Positions 61,896-64,000 of a stretch of 64,000 bases of DNA are shown here, in pieces. A model generated the notes under the pieces. That model was not told where the DNA came from. It saw nothing but the letters and a program-made list of their open reading frames with translations, and searched no databases. The number at the start of each line of letters is the position of its first letter. Position 1 is the stretch's first letter. The translations under genes were made by a program, and so were the position numbers. Source of the DNA: Dehalococcoidia bacterium (GTDB taxonomy: Bacteria > Chloroflexota > Dehalococcoidia > Plut-88900); assembly GCA_965197585.1 (NCBI GenBank), contig OZ240215.1:1440001-1504000 (forward strand). The letters are read 5' to 3'.

Positions 61896-64000
61896 ATGAC
61901 CAACATCTACCGTTTCACCGACGACTGCGAAGACAAAGCCCTCCTCGGAAACAAGGGCGCCAATCTCGTCACCATGACCCGGCTAGGCCTCCGTGTGCCC
62001 CCCGGTTTCGTCGTGTCCATTGACGCTTTCAAGGAGTACAGGGACAGTAGCACCCTTCCTCTTGACGAAATCGACGAGGCCCTCGCCTGGCTCTCAGAAA
62101 AGTTGGACCGCTCCTTCGACAACGGTCTCACGGTATCCGTCCGTTCCTCCGCACCCGTCTCCATGCCCGGCATGATGGACACCGTCCTCAACGTCGCCAG
62201 CCGGGAAGAGGTGCTTTCCTGCCTGAAGACGGTCTTCGGCTCTTGGGACAACCCCCGAGCAAATGAGTACCGGCGCCTTCACGAAATCCCCGGGGACATA
62301 GGCACTTCCGTCGTCGTCCAGTCCATGGTCATGGGCAACCGGGACGAGATGTCCGGCACGGGCGTCATCTTCAGCCGGAACCCGAGCACCGGCGCCCGAG
62401 GCCTCTTCGGAGAATATCTCCCCGTGGCCCAGGGCGAGGACCTGGTGTCGGGAGTCAGGACTCCACAGAGCATCGGCGCCCTCAAGAACCAGATGCCCGA
62501 CGTCTACGAGGAGTTGGAGGGCCTATCCCGAGACCTCGAACAGCACTTCCACGACATGCAGGACGTTGAGTTCACCGTCGAGTCCGGCAACCTCTTTATG
62601 CTCCAGACTCGATCTGGCAAGCGCAGCGGCGAGGCCGCCGTCAAGATCGCCGTCGACATGGTCGAGGACGGACTCATAACCCGCAACGAGGCCCTACTCC
62701 GCATCACCCCCGACGACATCCGATCACTCCTTCACAACCGCATCCAGTTCCCTGAACGCCACCAGGCCATCGCCCGCGGTCTCAACGCCGCCCCCGGAGC
62801 AGTCTCCGGCAGGGTAGTCTTCGACCCCCTGGAGGCAGTCTCCGTCGCCAAGACCTCCGGCGGTGTTATCCTCGTCCGCCCCGAGACCAGCCCCGACGAC
62901 ATCCAGGGCATCGCCGCAGCCGGCGGTGTCCTCACCTCCCGCGGCGGTCTCACCTCTCACGCCGCCATCGTCACCCGAGCTATGGGCAAGCCCTGTGTCT
63001 GCGGGGCTGAAGAGGTAATCGTAGACCTCAAAGACGAGTCCTTCAGAGTCGGCGTTACCGTCGTACGCAAGGGCGACGTGATCACCGTTGACGGCTCCAG
63101 CGGCAGCGTTTACCAGGGCGCTCTTGCCCTCCTCGAGGCCGAGGCTACCCCCGAGCTCGCCAAACTCCTCAGCTGGGCCGACGAGACCAAGCAGATCGGC
63201 GTCTGGGGCAACGCCGACACCGCAGAAGGCGTAGCCCTCGCCAAGAAGCACGGCGCTGAGGGCATCGGCCTCTGCCGCACCGAGCGCCAGTTCACGGGCA
63301 AACTCCGGCTCGACGCCATCCGCGACTTTATCCTCAGCGATTCCAAAGATGAGGAGCAGAAGGCTCTCGCCAATCTTCGAGACCTCCAGAAAAGAGACTT
63401 CCTCTCACTCTTCAAGGCCCTTGGCGGCACCCCTGTCATCATCCGCCTCCTCGATCTCCCCCTCCACGAGTTCTTGCCCGTCGAGCAAGACACGGACGAC
63501 CCCAAGCTCAGGCGTCGCCTGGAAGAACTCCACGAGGTCAACCCCATGCTCGGGCACCGGGGCGTCCGGCTTGCCGTCACCACTCCTCAGGTCTACGCCA
63601 TGCAGGTCGAGGCCATCGCCGAGGCTCAGGCCGAGACCGGCGCCCGCGTCTCCATAATGGTCCCCCAGGTCATCACCCTCCAGGAACTCCTCTGGGTGAA
63701 AAAGCACATCGAAGGGCTCGGCTTCAGGATCGGCATCATGATGGAGACAGTCCGCGCCTGCATGAGGGCCGCTCCCCTTGCTGAAGAGGCCAGCTTCTTC
63801 TCCTTCGGCACCAACGACCTCACCCAGGCCGTCTACTCCTTCTCCCGTGAGGACGCCGAGAAGAAGTTCCTCTCCACTTACCTCGACAACAGCCTCCTCG
63901 ACGACAACCCCTTCGAAATTATCGACGTCAAGGGCGTGGGTCGGCTCATGGAAACGGCCATAGGCTGGGCCCGAGAAGAAAAGCCCAGCCTGGAAATTGG
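61896..64000 (+). CDS. ppdK: Pyruvate, phosphate dikinase (compact form; 3' end beyond the window; missing from the ORF track)
   Basis: Manual translation: LLGNKGANL, VPPGF, SMPGMMDTVLN, QSMVMGN, AQGEDLVSG, TSRGGLTSHAA, EVNPMLGHRG, FSFGTNDLTQ. Confidence 0.92.
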   Translation, partial: MTNIYRFTDDCEDKALLGNKGANLVTMTRLGLRVPPGFVVSIDAFKEYRDSSTLPLDEIDEALAWLSEKLDRSFDNGLTVSVRSSAPVSMPGMMDTVLNVASREEVLSCLKTVFGSWDNPRANEYRRLHEIPGDIGTSVVVQSMVMGNRDEMSGTGVIFSRNPSTGARGLFGEYLPVAQGEDLVSGVRTPQSIGALKNQMPDVYEELEGLSRDLEQHFHDMQDVEFTVESGNLFMLQTRSGKRSGEAAVKIAVDMVEDGLITRNEALLRITPDDIRSLLHNRIQFPERHQAIARGLNAAPGAVSGRVVFDPLEAVSVAKTSGGVILVRPETSPDDIQGIAAAGGVLTSRGGLTSHAAIVTRAMGKPCVCGAEEVIVDLKDESFRVGVTVVRKGDVITVDGSSGSVYQGALALLEAEATPELAKLLSWADETKQIGVWGNADTAEGVALAKKHGAEGIGLCRTERQFTGKLRLDAIRDFILSDSKDEEQKALANLRDLQKRDFLSLFKALGGTPVIIRLLDLPLHEFLPVEQDTDDPKLRRRLEELHEVNPMLGHRGVRLAVTTPQVYAMQVEAIAEAQAETGARVSIMVPQVITLQELLWVKKHIEGLGFRIGIMMETVRACMRAAPLAEEASFFSFGTNDLTQAVYSFSREDAEKKFLSTYLDNSLLDDNPFEIIDVKGVGRLMETAIGWAREEKPSLEI

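Overview
A GC-rich bacterial chromosomal segment with a strongly C-rich + strand. Lipoprotein signal style, Gram-positive-type LexA boxes and the many amidohydrolase, CaiB, PTE and enolase-superfamily paralogs suggest Chloroflexota/Dehalococcoidia, SAR202-like (inference only). It begins with tRNA-Arg(TCT) and is mostly catabolic: tandem PotD-like binding proteins, an EutD/DoeA-like hydrolase, ureohydrolases, lutABC, a Liv-type ABC transporter, katG, an Aromatoleum-type tungsten aldehyde oxidoreductase operon with two catalytic subunits, a B12 acyl-CoA mutase cluster with ICM-type and MCM-type large subunits, nfo, two MetE-like proteins, a LarA homolog and a compact PPDK cut off by the window end. 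Intergenic DNA holds at least three REP-like families, all in the same orientation. Main highlights: (1) an IS110 element whose bridge-RNA guides can be read from the sequence and match the REP copy it sits in; (2) a ~20-bp hairpin module nested in two different REP families; (3) the duplicated-AorB operon; (4) two SOS-box promoters in front of unexplained DNA. All calls come from motif reading; no database searches were run.
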